A stretch of DNA of 64,000 bases, taken from NCBI GenBank assembly GCA_963727745.1, contig CAVSHL010000011.1:644344-708343 (forward strand), written 5' to 3'. A program made the position numbers and the translations under genes. The notes under the pieces were generated by a model that did no database searches, had not been told where the DNA came from, and worked only from the letters and a program-made list of their open reading frames with translations. Positions 38,900 to 47,593 of this stretch are shown piece after piece. How positions within the stretch are numbered: the first letter of the stretch is position 1; the number at the start of each line of letters is the position of its first letter. This DNA is from an uncultured Actinomycetota bacterium (GTDB lineage Bacteria; Actinomycetota; Actinomycetes; Mycobacteriales; Pseudonocardiaceae).

Positions 38900-40414
38900 A
38901 TGGATTCGGTGCTGGTGGTGGGAGCGGGCCCGACCGGGCTGGTGCTGGCGAGCGAGCTCGCGATGCGCGGGGTGCCCGTCGAGATCGTGGAGCGGCAGGC
39001 GGCGCCGAGCGGCCAGTCGCGCGGCGGCGGCGTCAACGCGCGGACCGGCGAGGTCCTCGCCATGCGCGGCCTCTACGCCGCGATGCGGGCCAGATCGCTG
39101 CCCAGGGAGGGCGGCGTCGGCCACTTCGCCGGGCTGCCCGTCGAGCTGGACCACCGGCCGTGGCGATCACGCCATCCCGGGATGATGATCCCGCAGGACC
39201 GGATGGAAGCGGTGTTCGAGCAGCACCTCGCCGGGCTCGGCGTGCGGGTGCGCCGCAGCACGACCGTCACCGGTCTCGTGCAGGACGAGAGCGGGGTCCG
39301 GGTCGCCGCCGACGGCCCGCACGGCGCCGTCGAGCTGGCCGCCCGATGGCTCGTGGCCTGCGACGGCGGGCACAGCACCGTCCGGTCGTTGACGGGCACA
39401 CCGTTCCCCGGGCGCGCCGGCACGACGTCGGCCGTCTCCGCCGACGTCGCGCTGACCGCCGTGTCGGAGACGGTGCCGCAGAAGGTCCAGCACCTCAGCG
39501 CCCACACGCGCACCGGTTGCGAGGCGTGGATGCTGACCCACCCGCTCGGCGACGGCGTGTACCGCATCGTGTTCGGCAGCCCCGAGCAGCGGCTCCACGA
39601 TCGCCGCGCACCCGTCGACGACGACGAGATCGCGCGGGCGCTCACCGCCGTGCACGGACCGGAGACGGTGCTCGGGCACGTCCTGTGGGCCACGCGGTTC
39701 AGCGACGCGACCCGCCAGGTGGAGCACTACCGCGTCGGGTCGGTGCTCTTCGCCGGCGACGCCGCCCACATCCATCCGCCGTCCGGTGGGCAGGGGCTCA
39801 ACCTGGGCGTGCAGGACGCGATGAACCTCGGTTGGAAGCTCGCCGCCGCGTGCGCCGGGCGCGCGCCGGAGGGGCTGATCGACAGCTACCACGACGAGCG
39901 CCATCCCGTCGGCGCGCGGGTGATCGAGACCGCCCGTGCGCAGATGGTGATCATGGCGCCGGCGCCCGACGCGGCCGAGGCGCGCGCCCTGCGCGAGATC
40001 GTCCTCGACATGGCGCGCCTGCCCGACGGCAACCGCTACCTGACGGGGCGGATGTCGGGCCTCGACCTGCGCTACGACCTGGCCGCCGACGGTGCCGAGC
40101 ACCCGCTGGTGGGGTCGCGGATGCCGGACCTCGATCTCGTCACCGACGCCGGGCCGACCACCGTGTTCGAGCTGCTGCGCTCGGGCAACGGGCTGCTGCT
40201 GGAGCTGGGTGGCCGGTCCGCGGCCGGTGCGTTGCCGGTCGGTGTGGAGCACGTCGCTGCGCGGGTGACCGGCGACGGCGTCGACGCGGAACGGGTGCTC
40301 GTGCGCCCCGACGGCTACGTCGCGTGGTGCGGCGCCGCCGCGGACGATCCGGCCCGTGCGCTCGACCGGTGGTTCGCCACCGCTGTCAGCGGCCCAGGTG
40401 CATACCTCCGCTGA
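38900..40414 (+). CDS. FAD-dependent monooxygenase (PheA/TfdB/Rox-like)
   Basis: VVGAGPTG, VACDGGHS, FAGDAAHIHPPSGGQGLNLGVQDAMNLGWKL, LVRPDGYVAW; divergent from TetR. Confidence 0.9.
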   Translation: MDSVLVVGAGPTGLVLASELAMRGVPVEIVERQAAPSGQSRGGGVNARTGEVLAMRGLYAAMRARSLPREGGVGHFAGLPVELDHRPWRSRHPGMMIPQDRMEAVFEQHLAGLGVRVRRSTTVTGLVQDESGVRVAADGPHGAVELAARWLVACDGGHSTVRSLTGTPFPGRAGTTSAVSADVALTAVSETVPQKVQHLSAHTRTGCEAWMLTHPLGDGVYRIVFGSPEQRLHDRRAPVDDDEIARALTAVHGPETVLGHVLWATRFSDATRQVEHYRVGSVLFAGDAAHIHPPSGGQGLNLGVQDAMNLGWKLAAACAGRAPEGLIDSYHDERHPVGARVIETARAQMVIMAPAPDAAEARALREIVLDMARLPDGNRYLTGRMSGLDLRYDLAADGAEHPLVGSRMPDLDLVTDAGPTTVFELLRSGNGLLLELGGRSAAGALPVGVEHVAARVTGDGVDAERVLVRPDGYVAWCGAAADDPARALDRWFATAVSGPGAYLR

Positions 40415-41114
40415 CGTGGACCACCTGCCCGGTCAGGTGCGACGCCGCCGGTGAGGCGAGGAACTCGATGGTGGCGGCCACTTCGTCGACGCGACCGAGC
40501 CGCCCGTCGGCGCTGCGGCTCTCGACGAACGCGCGGCGGGCGGCGGGGAAGTCGCCGCCGCGGAAGAAGTCGGTGCCCTCGGTCGGGCCCGGCGAGACGA
40601 CGTTGGCGGTGATCCCGCGCTCGCCGAGCCGGAACGCCAGCTCGCTCGTCCACGGTTCGACGGTCGCCTTGACCGCCCCGTAGCTGCCCTGTCCCGACCG
40701 GGCGGTGACGGAGCCGAGGTTGACGATCCGGGCGTCGTCGGCGAGCCGCGGCAGCAGGGCGGTCGTGACCAGCACCGCGCTCAGCACGTTGGCGTCGAAG
40801 TTGGACAGCCAGGACTCGCGGACGGCGGCGAGATCGTCCTCGGCGGGTGGGCCGCCCGGCAGGTCGGTGTTGCCGCCTGCGGCGTTGACCAGCACGTCCA
40901 CCCGATCCGGCAGCTCGGCCAGCGCGGTGGTGATCGCGTGCGGATCGGTGGCGTCGAACGGGACCGCGGTGGCGCCGATCGCGGCGGCCGCGTCGGCGAG
41001 CACGTCCTTGCGGCGGCCGGTGATGTACACGTGGTCACCGGCCGCGGCGAGCCGGGCTGCGACGGCCCGGCCGATTCCGGTGCCGCCTCCGGTGACGATG
41101 GCGGTGCGAGACAT
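40386..41114 (-). CDS. SDR family oxidoreductase
   Basis: TGGGTGIG, VNAAG, YGAVK catalytic motif, NVVSPG. Confidence 0.9.
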   Translation of the reverse strand: MSRTAIVTGGGTGIGRAVAARLAAAGDHVYITGRRKDVLADAAAAIGATAVPFDATDPHAITTALAELPDRVDVLVNAAGGNTDLPGGPPAEDDLAAVRESWLSNFDANVLSAVLVTTALLPRLADDARIVNLGSVTARSGQGSYGAVKATVEPWTSELAFRLGERGITANVVSPGPTEGTDFFRGGDFPAARRAFVESRSADGRLGRVDEVAATIEFLASPAASHLTGQVVHVSGGMHLGR

Positions 41115-41123
41115 GAGCCCTCC

Positions 41124-41176
41124 TCTTAAGGTCTAAAGAACGAGTTCGACAGTACCACGTTCTTTAGGTCTAAAGA
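41124..41176. promoter_or_regulatory. Two MarR-type operator palindromes
   Basis: TCTTAAG-GT-CTAAAGA (41124-41139) and TCTTTAG-GT-CTAAAGA (41161-41176) between the divergent SDR and MarR genes. Confidence 0.75.
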
Positions 41177-41194
41177 GTCGGGTAGGCTGCAGCG

Positions 41195-41689
41195 GTGGAA
41201 CCGGACGCCGTCGACGAGATCGCCGTGCAGTGGTCGCGCGAACGGCCGGACATGCCGGTGGACTCCATCGGACTGATCGCGCGGATCCTGCGCATCGCCA
41301 AGATCGTCACCGACGAGCGCCGCCGCACGCTGTCCGCGCTGGGCATCGACTCCGCCACGTTCGACCTGCTCGCGACGCTGCGCCGCTCCGGGAGCCCCTA
41401 CCGGATGAGCCCCACCGGTCTCGCCGAGGCGTGCCTGGTCAGCGGCGGTGCCATCACCCAGCGGGTCGCGCGCGCGGAGGAGATCGGGCTCGTCCGCACG
41501 ACGCGGACCACCCCGGGCCGCCGCACGCTCACCGTGGAGCTGACCCCGCGCGGGCACGAGATCGTGGAGCGCGACGTCGAGGCGCTGATCGGTCGGGAAC
41601 GGGAGCTCGTCGCGCACCTCCCGGCTGCTGACCGGGAGCAACTCGCCGGCTTGCTGCGGCGCCTGCTGGCGGGTCTGCCCGGCGTTTAG
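41195..41689 (+). CDS. MarR family regulator
   Basis: FDLLATLRRSG.PY..SPT.LA...LVSGGAITQRV winged helix. Confidence 0.9.
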   Translation: MEPDAVDEIAVQWSRERPDMPVDSIGLIARILRIAKIVTDERRRTLSALGIDSATFDLLATLRRSGSPYRMSPTGLAEACLVSGGAITQRVARAEEIGLVRTTRTTPGRRTLTVELTPRGHEIVERDVEALIGRERELVAHLPAADREQLAGLLRRLLAGLPGV

Positions 41690-41799
41690 TGGAGTACCGC
41701 GTCGGGACGGCGAGCTTCACCCCGTAGCTCTCGGTCTTCGCTTCTTGGTGTCCCGTCTCGGTTGGTCGAGCGGGGTTGTCGGCCTTGGTGCTCCGTCTC

Positions 41800-41921
41800 G
41801 TTGCGGAGCTGCCGTGGCTTTCACTGCATATTATGGTCGGCCTGGGAGCCGTACCCGACTTGCCACTTTCTTTGACTGCCTTCCCTTCCGTTTCTTGCGT
41901 GGTCAACCGGCCGTGGTTCCG
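41800..41921. repeat. Left arm of a long imperfect inverted repeat flanking the DUF222-HNH gene
   Basis: 41819-41921 aligns ungapped to the reverse complement of 43041-43143 at 83/103 identities (hand count); weaker similarity extends to ~41800/43163. Confidence 0.85.
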
Positions 41922-41924
41922 TCT

Positions 41925-41940
41925 TCGAACCCTTGTTCGA
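41925..41940. promoter_or_regulatory. Actinobacterial LexA (SOS) box
   Basis: TCGAAC-CCTT-GTTCGA is an exact match to TCGAAC-N4-GTTCGA. TAGAAT -10 at 41956-41961 lies 6 nt before the ATG, consistent with a leaderless mRNA. Confidence 0.85.
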
Positions 41941-41967
41941 TGGCGTTTTCTTCGGTAGAATCAGGGC

Positions 41968-43179
41968 ATGTCCAGGTCTCTCCTCGCCGTGCAGCTCGCG
42001 GAGCTTGTTGCGCAGCTCGAGGAGGAGAAGAATGCCGTCGCGGCCCGGCAGGCCGATGCGATTCTTGCGCTCGGGCGGGCCATTGCTGCCGAGCAGATCG
42101 ACTCAGGCGTGGACGATCCGGCGCAGGTGCAGCGGGTCGTTGCTAACCGGGTCGGCGTTGCCTGTCGGGTCTCCGCTCATCAGGGTGGCAAGCGGGTCCG
42201 GATCGCGCGGGATCTACACGACGGCCACACCCTGATCCGAGGGATGTTCGCCGCCGGACTGCTCAACGAGCAGAAGATCGCCGTGATCACCGATGCCGGT
42301 AGCCATCTCGATCCGGACGAGCGCGCTCAGGTTGATGAGCGGCTCGCCCAGCAGGGCATCGAAACCTTCGGCGTCCAGCGGCTGCACGACCTGGCCCGCA
42401 AGATCGCCGCCGAAGTGGCGCCGGAGAAGTTCGAGGCCCGCACCCGCCGAGCCCGATCCGGGCGGCGGGTGACGGTGCGGCGCTCGAGCGAACCCGGCAT
42501 GGCCGACCTGACCGCCCACCTACCGGTTGAGCAGGCCGTGGCCTGCTACGCGGCGCTGCGCAAAGCGGTCAACGAGGTGTGGGTGAAGCCCGAACCGGTG
42601 CTGCGGGGGCAGGGTCAGATCATGGCCGACACCCTCGTCGAACGCCTGACCGGCCAGGCCACCGCCGAGGACGTCGACATCGCGGTCCACATCATGGTCC
42701 CGGTCGAAGCCCTGCTCGACCCGAACAGCCCGCTCCCGGCGGAGATCCCCGGCTATGGCCCGGTCCCGGTCGACCTGCTGGCCACCGGTGAGGGTCGCAA
42801 GACGTGGCGGCGACTGATCATCCGCGACGGCATCGTCATCGGCGGCGACTCTGTCCAACGCAACTTCACCGGCGTCCTGGCCAACCTGATCAACATGCGG
42901 GACGGCGGACGGTGCACCGCCCCGTACTGCGACGCTCTCATCGGTCACTACGACCACATCATCCGGCGCCGCCACGGCGGCCGCACCTCGTTCGACAACG
43001 GCCGCGGGCTCTGTGCCTTTCACAATCATTTGCGAGAAATCGGCACCACGGCCGGTCGACCACGCAGGCAGCGGAAGCGAAGGCCGTCAACCGCAGTGGC
43101 AGGTCGGGTACGGCCGCCAGGTCGACCACATGATTCGGTGAAAAACCCGGGCAGCGCTGCAACTGAAGCGCGCACCTAG
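41968..43179 (+). CDS. DUF222 (13E12-repeat family) protein with C-terminal HNH endonuclease
   Basis: GQIMADTLVERL, AEIPGYGPVP, RDGGRCTAPYCD..IGHYDHI...GGRTSFDNGRGLCAFHN. Confidence 0.88.
   Translation: MSRSLLAVQLAELVAQLEEEKNAVAARQADAILALGRAIAAEQIDSGVDDPAQVQRVVANRVGVACRVSAHQGGKRVRIARDLHDGHTLIRGMFAAGLLNEQKIAVITDAGSHLDPDERAQVDERLAQQGIETFGVQRLHDLARKIAAEVAPEKFEARTRRARSGRRVTVRRSSEPGMADLTAHLPVEQAVACYAALRKAVNEVWVKPEPVLRGQGQIMADTLVERLTGQATAEDVDIAVHIMVPVEALLDPNSPLPAEIPGYGPVPVDLLATGEGRKTWRRLIIRDGIVIGGDSVQRNFTGVLANLINMRDGGRCTAPYCDALIGHYDHIIRRRHGGRTSFDNGRGLCAFHNHLREIGTTAGRPRRQRKRRPSTAVAGRVRPPGRPHDSVKNPGSAATEART
43041..43163. repeat. Right arm of the inverted repeat, inside the 3' end of the HNH gene
   Basis: Reverse complement matches 41800-41921; begins just after the LCAFHN codons. 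Confidence 0.85.
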
Positions 43180-43460
43180 TACTCCAGACGTAAGATCGTG
43201 ATCTTGCGGAGTGGCAGTCCCGGATGTAGGGCGGCCACCGCTTGATGATCGTCCGTTGTGTCGACATCAGATGACCACGCGGTGGCCGTGGGCCAGCGTC
43301 GAACCCGGCTGGTGGCAGCCGAGGCCGATCAGGGCTGCTCGATCGGATGGCTGGGGTTCATCCGGGTCGAGACGCGCCGTCGGGCCCGGAAGTTCGTGCT
43401 CGGGCTGCTGGCCGACCTGCCGCGCAAGAACTGCTGGACGATCGCCGAGCGCGCCGGAAC
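43177..43460 (+). mobile_element. IS701-family left end and decayed transposase N-terminus (remnant)
   Basis: RVETRRRARKFVLGLLADLPRKNCWTIAERAG is the typical IS701 transposase N-terminal motif; upstream codons are frame-scrambled; truncated before the DDE core; CTAG at 43176-43179. Confidence 0.75.
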
Positions 43461-43512
43461 AGCGATCCGTGCGTCCACCGACCCCCATGGCCCACGGACC
43501 GCCATTGCAATA

Positions 43513-44493
43513 TCAACCGAGGCGCTGCAGCGCCTTCTCTACGGCGACCTCGACACGAGCCGTCATGCCAGACACATCGACTGGGCGGCGCCCTGCAACC
43601 TGACGGCGAATCAACTTGGGTCCGTTGTCATCATGGTGAAGCAGGGTGTACAAGTCCCACCACGGGTCGAGAGTTGCGCCCGCGATGGATTCGTACTGCA
43701 ACCGGAGTCGCTCGGCCCAATCAGGCGAATAAAGTGAAGTCAGGTATCGCCGACACTGTCCGACGTCGATGGCGCGAGATCCTCGATGAATTCCATTCCA
43801 GTCGGTGAGTCCCGTGATCTTGCCGCGCGACCAAAGCAGATTGACGGGTAGGTAGTCGCAGTGCAGGAAGACGTCACCGTCCTTAGGTGGCGGTGCTTCC
43901 ATGGCATTGAAGGCCGCCTTCCACACTTCAGGCCGCTGCGCGCCGTCTGGCACCCGAAAACGACCAAGAGGTGCGATCCACGAGTCTGCCCAAGGCCGAA
44001 AAGTCGGCGCTGGAAGGTCGACGGAATGCAGTAGGGCGGCGAACTCTGCGATCCTCGCTATCCATGACCCGTGCTCCGCCGGATTCAGGTGAATGCGGCC
44101 AGGTAGCCGCGTCATCAGCAGAGAGGGCGCACCCTTCGTGGCGACGCCGGCAACATCAGCCGCCAGAATCCTCGGCACCGGAAGCCCGCTTCCTGCCACC
44201 ACGTTCAGGTTGACGATTTCCTTCTCCATGGCGGCCCGAAGCGCCGCCTCGCCCGGCGGGTACTGCCGCAAGACCACAGTGGTTCGTGTGCCGTGTCGCT
44301 CAACCGTCAAGCGATGGACGGCAGAGTTGACGCCACCGGTCAATCGGCGATGCCCGACGATTCGACTGCCCTCGCCCATAGACGCCGCAGCCCAGGCGAG
44401 AGCATCAGTGGAGGGCCGACGTTGGAAGAATCTGCTCTCTCTCCAGTCGCTACCGGTCGGCTGATCTTGGTTGGTCGCATCGTCTCTGTCCAT
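43513..44493 (-). CDS. Aminoglycoside phosphotransferase (APH)-like kinase
   Basis: LTGGVNSAVH, LLMTRLPG, FLHCDYLPVNLLW, LTDW; visibly more A/T-ending codons than neighbours. Confidence 0.85.
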   Translation of the reverse strand: MDRDDATNQDQPTGSDWRESRFFQRRPSTDALAWAAASMGEGSRIVGHRRLTGGVNSAVHRLTVERHGTRTTVVLRQYPPGEAALRAAMEKEIVNLNVVAGSGLPVPRILAADVAGVATKGAPSLLMTRLPGRIHLNPAEHGSWIARIAEFAALLHSVDLPAPTFRPWADSWIAPLGRFRVPDGAQRPEVWKAAFNAMEAPPPKDGDVFLHCDYLPVNLLWSRGKITGLTDWNGIHRGSRAIDVGQCRRYLTSLYSPDWAERLRLQYESIAGATLDPWWDLYTLLHHDDNGPKLIRRQVAGRRPVDVSGMTARVEVAVEKALQRLG

Positions 44494-44532
44494 GACCGAG
44501 AACCCATGACCTTCCGGGAGCGCGTCGTCCGG

Positions 44533-44955
44533 CTAGCGAATGCGCTCGCCGTAGACGCGGTCGATGGACATCTCCATCAGCACGCGCCGGTCGGAGACCA
44601 TCGCCGCGCGGTACTCGTCCCAGTCGGGGTGCTCGCCGGCCGCGTTGCGGTAGTACTCGACGAGTGCCTCGACCTCGGGGCCGTGCGGGTCGGTACCCGG
44701 GCCGGTCAGGGTGGCGGTCCCCTCGATCGTCGCCCACGACCACCCGTCCGGGCTGGTGACCTCCAGCGTGGCCCGCGGGTCCCGGCGCAGGTTCCTGGTC
44801 TTCGCCCGGCCATCGGTGATCGAGACGCGGATGACCCCGGCGTCGGCGTCGTAAGTTGGGGTGATCGGCGAGAGCTGCGGCCGGCCGTCCGACTTGATCG
44901 TGGCGAGGATGCCGATGCGGGCGTCGGCGAGCACGGAGAGCGGATCGAACGTCAT
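44533..44955 (-). CDS. PPOX-class F420-dependent oxidoreductase (TIGR03618-like)
   Basis: LATIKSDGRPQLSP, AKTRNLRRDPR, W.EYRAAM..DRR. Confidence 0.88.
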   Translation of the reverse strand: MTFDPLSVLADARIGILATIKSDGRPQLSPITPTYDADAGVIRVSITDGRAKTRNLRRDPRATLEVTSPDGWSWATIEGTATLTGPGTDPHGPEVEALVEYYRNAAGEHPDWDEYRAAMVSDRRVLMEMSIDRVYGERIR

Positions 44956-44992
44956 GTCCGATGAACCCCGACGGGTGCCAGGGTATTTCAGG

Positions 44993-45997
44993 TCACACCC
45001 CGCCGATGACCGTGAGCGCCCCCAGCGCGACGGTGCCGACCAGCACCGTGGACACGGCGCCCAGCAGGAGCCCGCGGCGCCCGGTCTTCAGCAGCGCTCC
45101 GATGCGCACCGCGCTGCCCAGCCCGAACAGGGCGGCCGCGAACAGCAGCGTGGTCGTCGTCTGCGCGATCCCGAGCACGGCGCCCGGGACGATGTCCGCG
45201 GTCCGCAGCGCCATCGTGGCCAGGAACCCGAGCACGAACAGGGGGACGATCGGCGGGCGCTTGCCCGTCGCGGTGGTGGCGCCGTGGCGGCGCTGCACGA
45301 TGCTCACACCGGTCACGATCGGGGCGAGCAGCACGACCCGCGTCAGCTTCACCACGATCGCGATCGCCACGGCTGTGGCGCCGGCGGGCGACGCCGCGGC
45401 GACGACCTGGGCGACCTCGTGCACGCTCAGGCCCGCCCACGCCCCGAGCTTCTCGGGCGTCATGCCGAGCCGGGTCCCGATGAACGGCACGAGCGCGATC
45501 GCTGCGCTGCCGTAGAGCGTGACCAGGGTGATGCCGGTCGCGACGTCCTCCTCGTCGGTGCGGGTGACGCTGTCCATCGCCGCGATCGCGGACGCGCCGC
45601 AGATCGAGAACCCGGTGGCGACCATGAGCCCGAGTCCCGGGGAGACGCCGAGCCGGCGAGCGACGAGCAGGGTGCCGCCGAACGCGAGCAGCACGGTCAC
45701 CACCACCGCGATCACGGTGCCGGCGCCCAGTCCCAGCACCTGCCCGAGGCCCAGCTGCAGGCCGAGCAGGACGACCCCGGCGCGGAGGAACCTCCTGGTC
45801 GCCCAGGTCAGGCCGGCGCGAGTGGCGGCGGGCAGGAACGGGCCGGCGGCGACGCCCAGCACCACGGCCACGGTCAGTGCGCTCACCGCCGGGATCGCGC
45901 CGTTGACCCCGAACGCCACGCCCGTGCCGGCGGCCGCCATCAGCAGGCCGGGAACGAGCGAGCGGGTGCGCGGGGTCGCAGGTGCAGTGGTGGTCAC
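44993..45997 (-). CDS. YeiH/UPF0324 family membrane protein (putative sulfate exporter)
   Basis: LRAGVVLLG, GFSICGASAIAA, HEVAQVVAA, VKLTRVVLLAP. Confidence 0.88.
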   Translation of the reverse strand: MTTTAPATPRTRSLVPGLLMAAAGTGVAFGVNGAIPAVSALTVAVVLGVAAGPFLPAATRAGLTWATRRFLRAGVVLLGLQLGLGQVLGLGAGTVIAVVVTVLLAFGGTLLVARRLGVSPGLGLMVATGFSICGASAIAAMDSVTRTDEEDVATGITLVTLYGSAAIALVPFIGTRLGMTPEKLGAWAGLSVHEVAQVVAAASPAGATAVAIAIVVKLTRVVLLAPIVTGVSIVQRRHGATTATGKRPPIVPLFVLGFLATMALRTADIVPGAVLGIAQTTTTLLFAAALFGLGSAVRIGALLKTGRRGLLLGAVSTVLVGTVALGALTVIGGV

Positions 45998-46055
45998 GCT
46001 CCGACTGTCGCCTCACCCGGCGGTCTCCGGTAGCCGTCGATCCGACCTGACGTCA

Positions 46056-46068
46056 TAACCTCTGGTTA
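46056..46068. promoter_or_regulatory. LysR-type T-N11-A box
   Basis: TAACC-TCT-GGTTA between the divergent yeiH-like and LysR genes. Confidence 0.55.
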
Positions 46069-46071
46069 AGT

Positions 46072-46983
46072 ATGTGCGTGTCCACGATCCCGGATCTCGA
46101 CTCGTTGCAGCTGCTCGTGCTGGTCGGCCGGCGCGGCAGCCTCGGCGGGGCGGCGGCGGAGATCGGCATCAGCCAGCCGGCGGCGAGCAAGCGGATGAGC
46201 GCGCTGGAGCGGCGGTTCGGGCTGCACCTCGTCGACCGGAGCCGCCGCGGCTCCGTCCTGACCGAGGCCGGCGAGTTCGTGGCGGCTCGGGCCGAACGGG
46301 TGCTCGCGGAGCTGGACGCCCTGCAGGAAGGGGTGGAGCTGCTGCGGCTGCGGGTCTCCGCGCCGCTCGTCGTCGCCGCGAGCCTGACCGTTGCCGAGCA
46401 CCTGCTCCCGACCTGGATCACGCAGCTGTCGCGCTCCGACCCGGGAGCTCGGGTCGGCCTGCACGTCATGAACTCGGCGCGGGTCTGCGAGGCGGTCCGC
46501 GACGGCGAGGTGTCGTTGGGGTTCGTCGAGTCCCCCCGGGTGCTGCCCGGGCTGCGCTCGCGGGTCGTGGCGCACGACCGGCTGGTGCTCGTCGTCGAAC
46601 CCGGGCACCCGTGGGCCCGGCGCCGGCGGTCCGTCTCGCCCGCCGAGCTCGCCGCCACCCCGTTGCTGAGCCGCGAACCCGGCTCCGGCACCCGGGAGAC
46701 CGTCGAGCGGGCGCTCGTCGACGCCGGCCACTCCGTCGTCGCGCCGTTGCTGGAGCTCGGGTCCAGCACCGCGTTGCGGTCCGCGGCGCGCTCCGGGGCC
46801 GGGCCCGCTGTGCTCAGCGAGTTCGTCGTCGCCGACGACCGGGCCACCGGGGCATTGGTGGAGGTCGCTCTCGACGGGCTCGATCTGCGCCGCGAGTTGC
46901 GGGCGGTGTGGCGGGACGGGGAGCCGCCGTCGGGACTGGCGGCGGCATTGATGCGGCACGCCCGGGTCGCGAGTCAGATCTAA
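46072..46983 (+). CDS. LysR family regulator (YeiE/CysL-like)
   Basis: GSLGGAAAEIGISQPAASKRM, ASLTVAEHLLP, REPGSGTRE. Confidence 0.9.
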   Translation: MCVSTIPDLDSLQLLVLVGRRGSLGGAAAEIGISQPAASKRMSALERRFGLHLVDRSRRGSVLTEAGEFVAARAERVLAELDALQEGVELLRLRVSAPLVVAASLTVAEHLLPTWITQLSRSDPGARVGLHVMNSARVCEAVRDGEVSLGFVESPRVLPGLRSRVVAHDRLVLVVEPGHPWARRRRSVSPAELAATPLLSREPGSGTRETVERALVDAGHSVVAPLLELGSSTALRSAARSGAGPAVLSEFVVADDRATGALVEVALDGLDLRRELRAVWRDGEPPSGLAAALMRHARVASQI

Positions 46984-47020
46984 CTAGACCGGTCGTCATA
47001 GTTTGAGCTACGGTGCCGCC

Positions 47021-47593
47021 ATGGTCCGGCGCACCGACACCCGACAGCGCATGCTCGACTCCGCCGCCGAGCTCTTCCATCAGCAGGGCTACCACGCCAC
47101 CGGCCTCAACCAGCTGGTCGCCGCGGGGGGTGCGCCGAAAGGGTCGCTGTACTTCCACTTCCCCGGCGGCAAGGAGCAGTTGGCCGCCGAGGCCATCCGT
47201 CAGTCCGGCGAGCGGCTCGCCGAGCTCCTCGCGGCGGTCGTCGCGAACTCGCCGGACGCGGCGACCGGGATCGAGAACGCCATCGAAGCGCTGGCCGTCT
47301 CCCTCCGCGGGTCGGACTTCCGGCGCGGCTGTCCACTCGCGACGGTCGCGCTCGACGCGGCCGCGGAGAGCGACCTGATCCGCGAGGCCTGCGCCGACGG
47401 CTACCGGTCGTGGCACGCCCTGATCGAGGCCTTCCTCGCCCAGCGCGGCGCCAACGAGCCGGCGGCGCTCGCCACCATCGTGCTCGCCTCGATCGAAGGC
47501 GCGCTGCTGCTGGCCAGGACCATGCGCGACACCGCGCCACTGCGCGCCGTCGGGACCCATCTTCGGGCCACGCTCGAGAAGGAGATTCCCTGA
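47021..47593 (+). CDS. TetR family regulator (LmrA/YxaF type)
   Basis: QGYHATGLNQLV..GAPKGSLYFHFPGGKEQL, GCPLATVALD. Confidence 0.9.
   Translation: MVRRTDTRQRMLDSAAELFHQQGYHATGLNQLVAAGGAPKGSLYFHFPGGKEQLAAEAIRQSGERLAELLAAVVANSPDAATGIENAIEALAVSLRGSDFRRGCPLATVALDAAAESDLIREACADGYRSWHALIEAFLAQRGANEPAALATIVLASIEGALLLARTMRDTAPLRAVGTHLRATLEKEIP

Noticed and set aside
41690-43186. TGGAGTAC (41690) / GTACTCCA (43179) as outer element termini
   Set aside because: Only 8 bp; the right copy is explained as the IS701 end, and the flanks do not extend the match.
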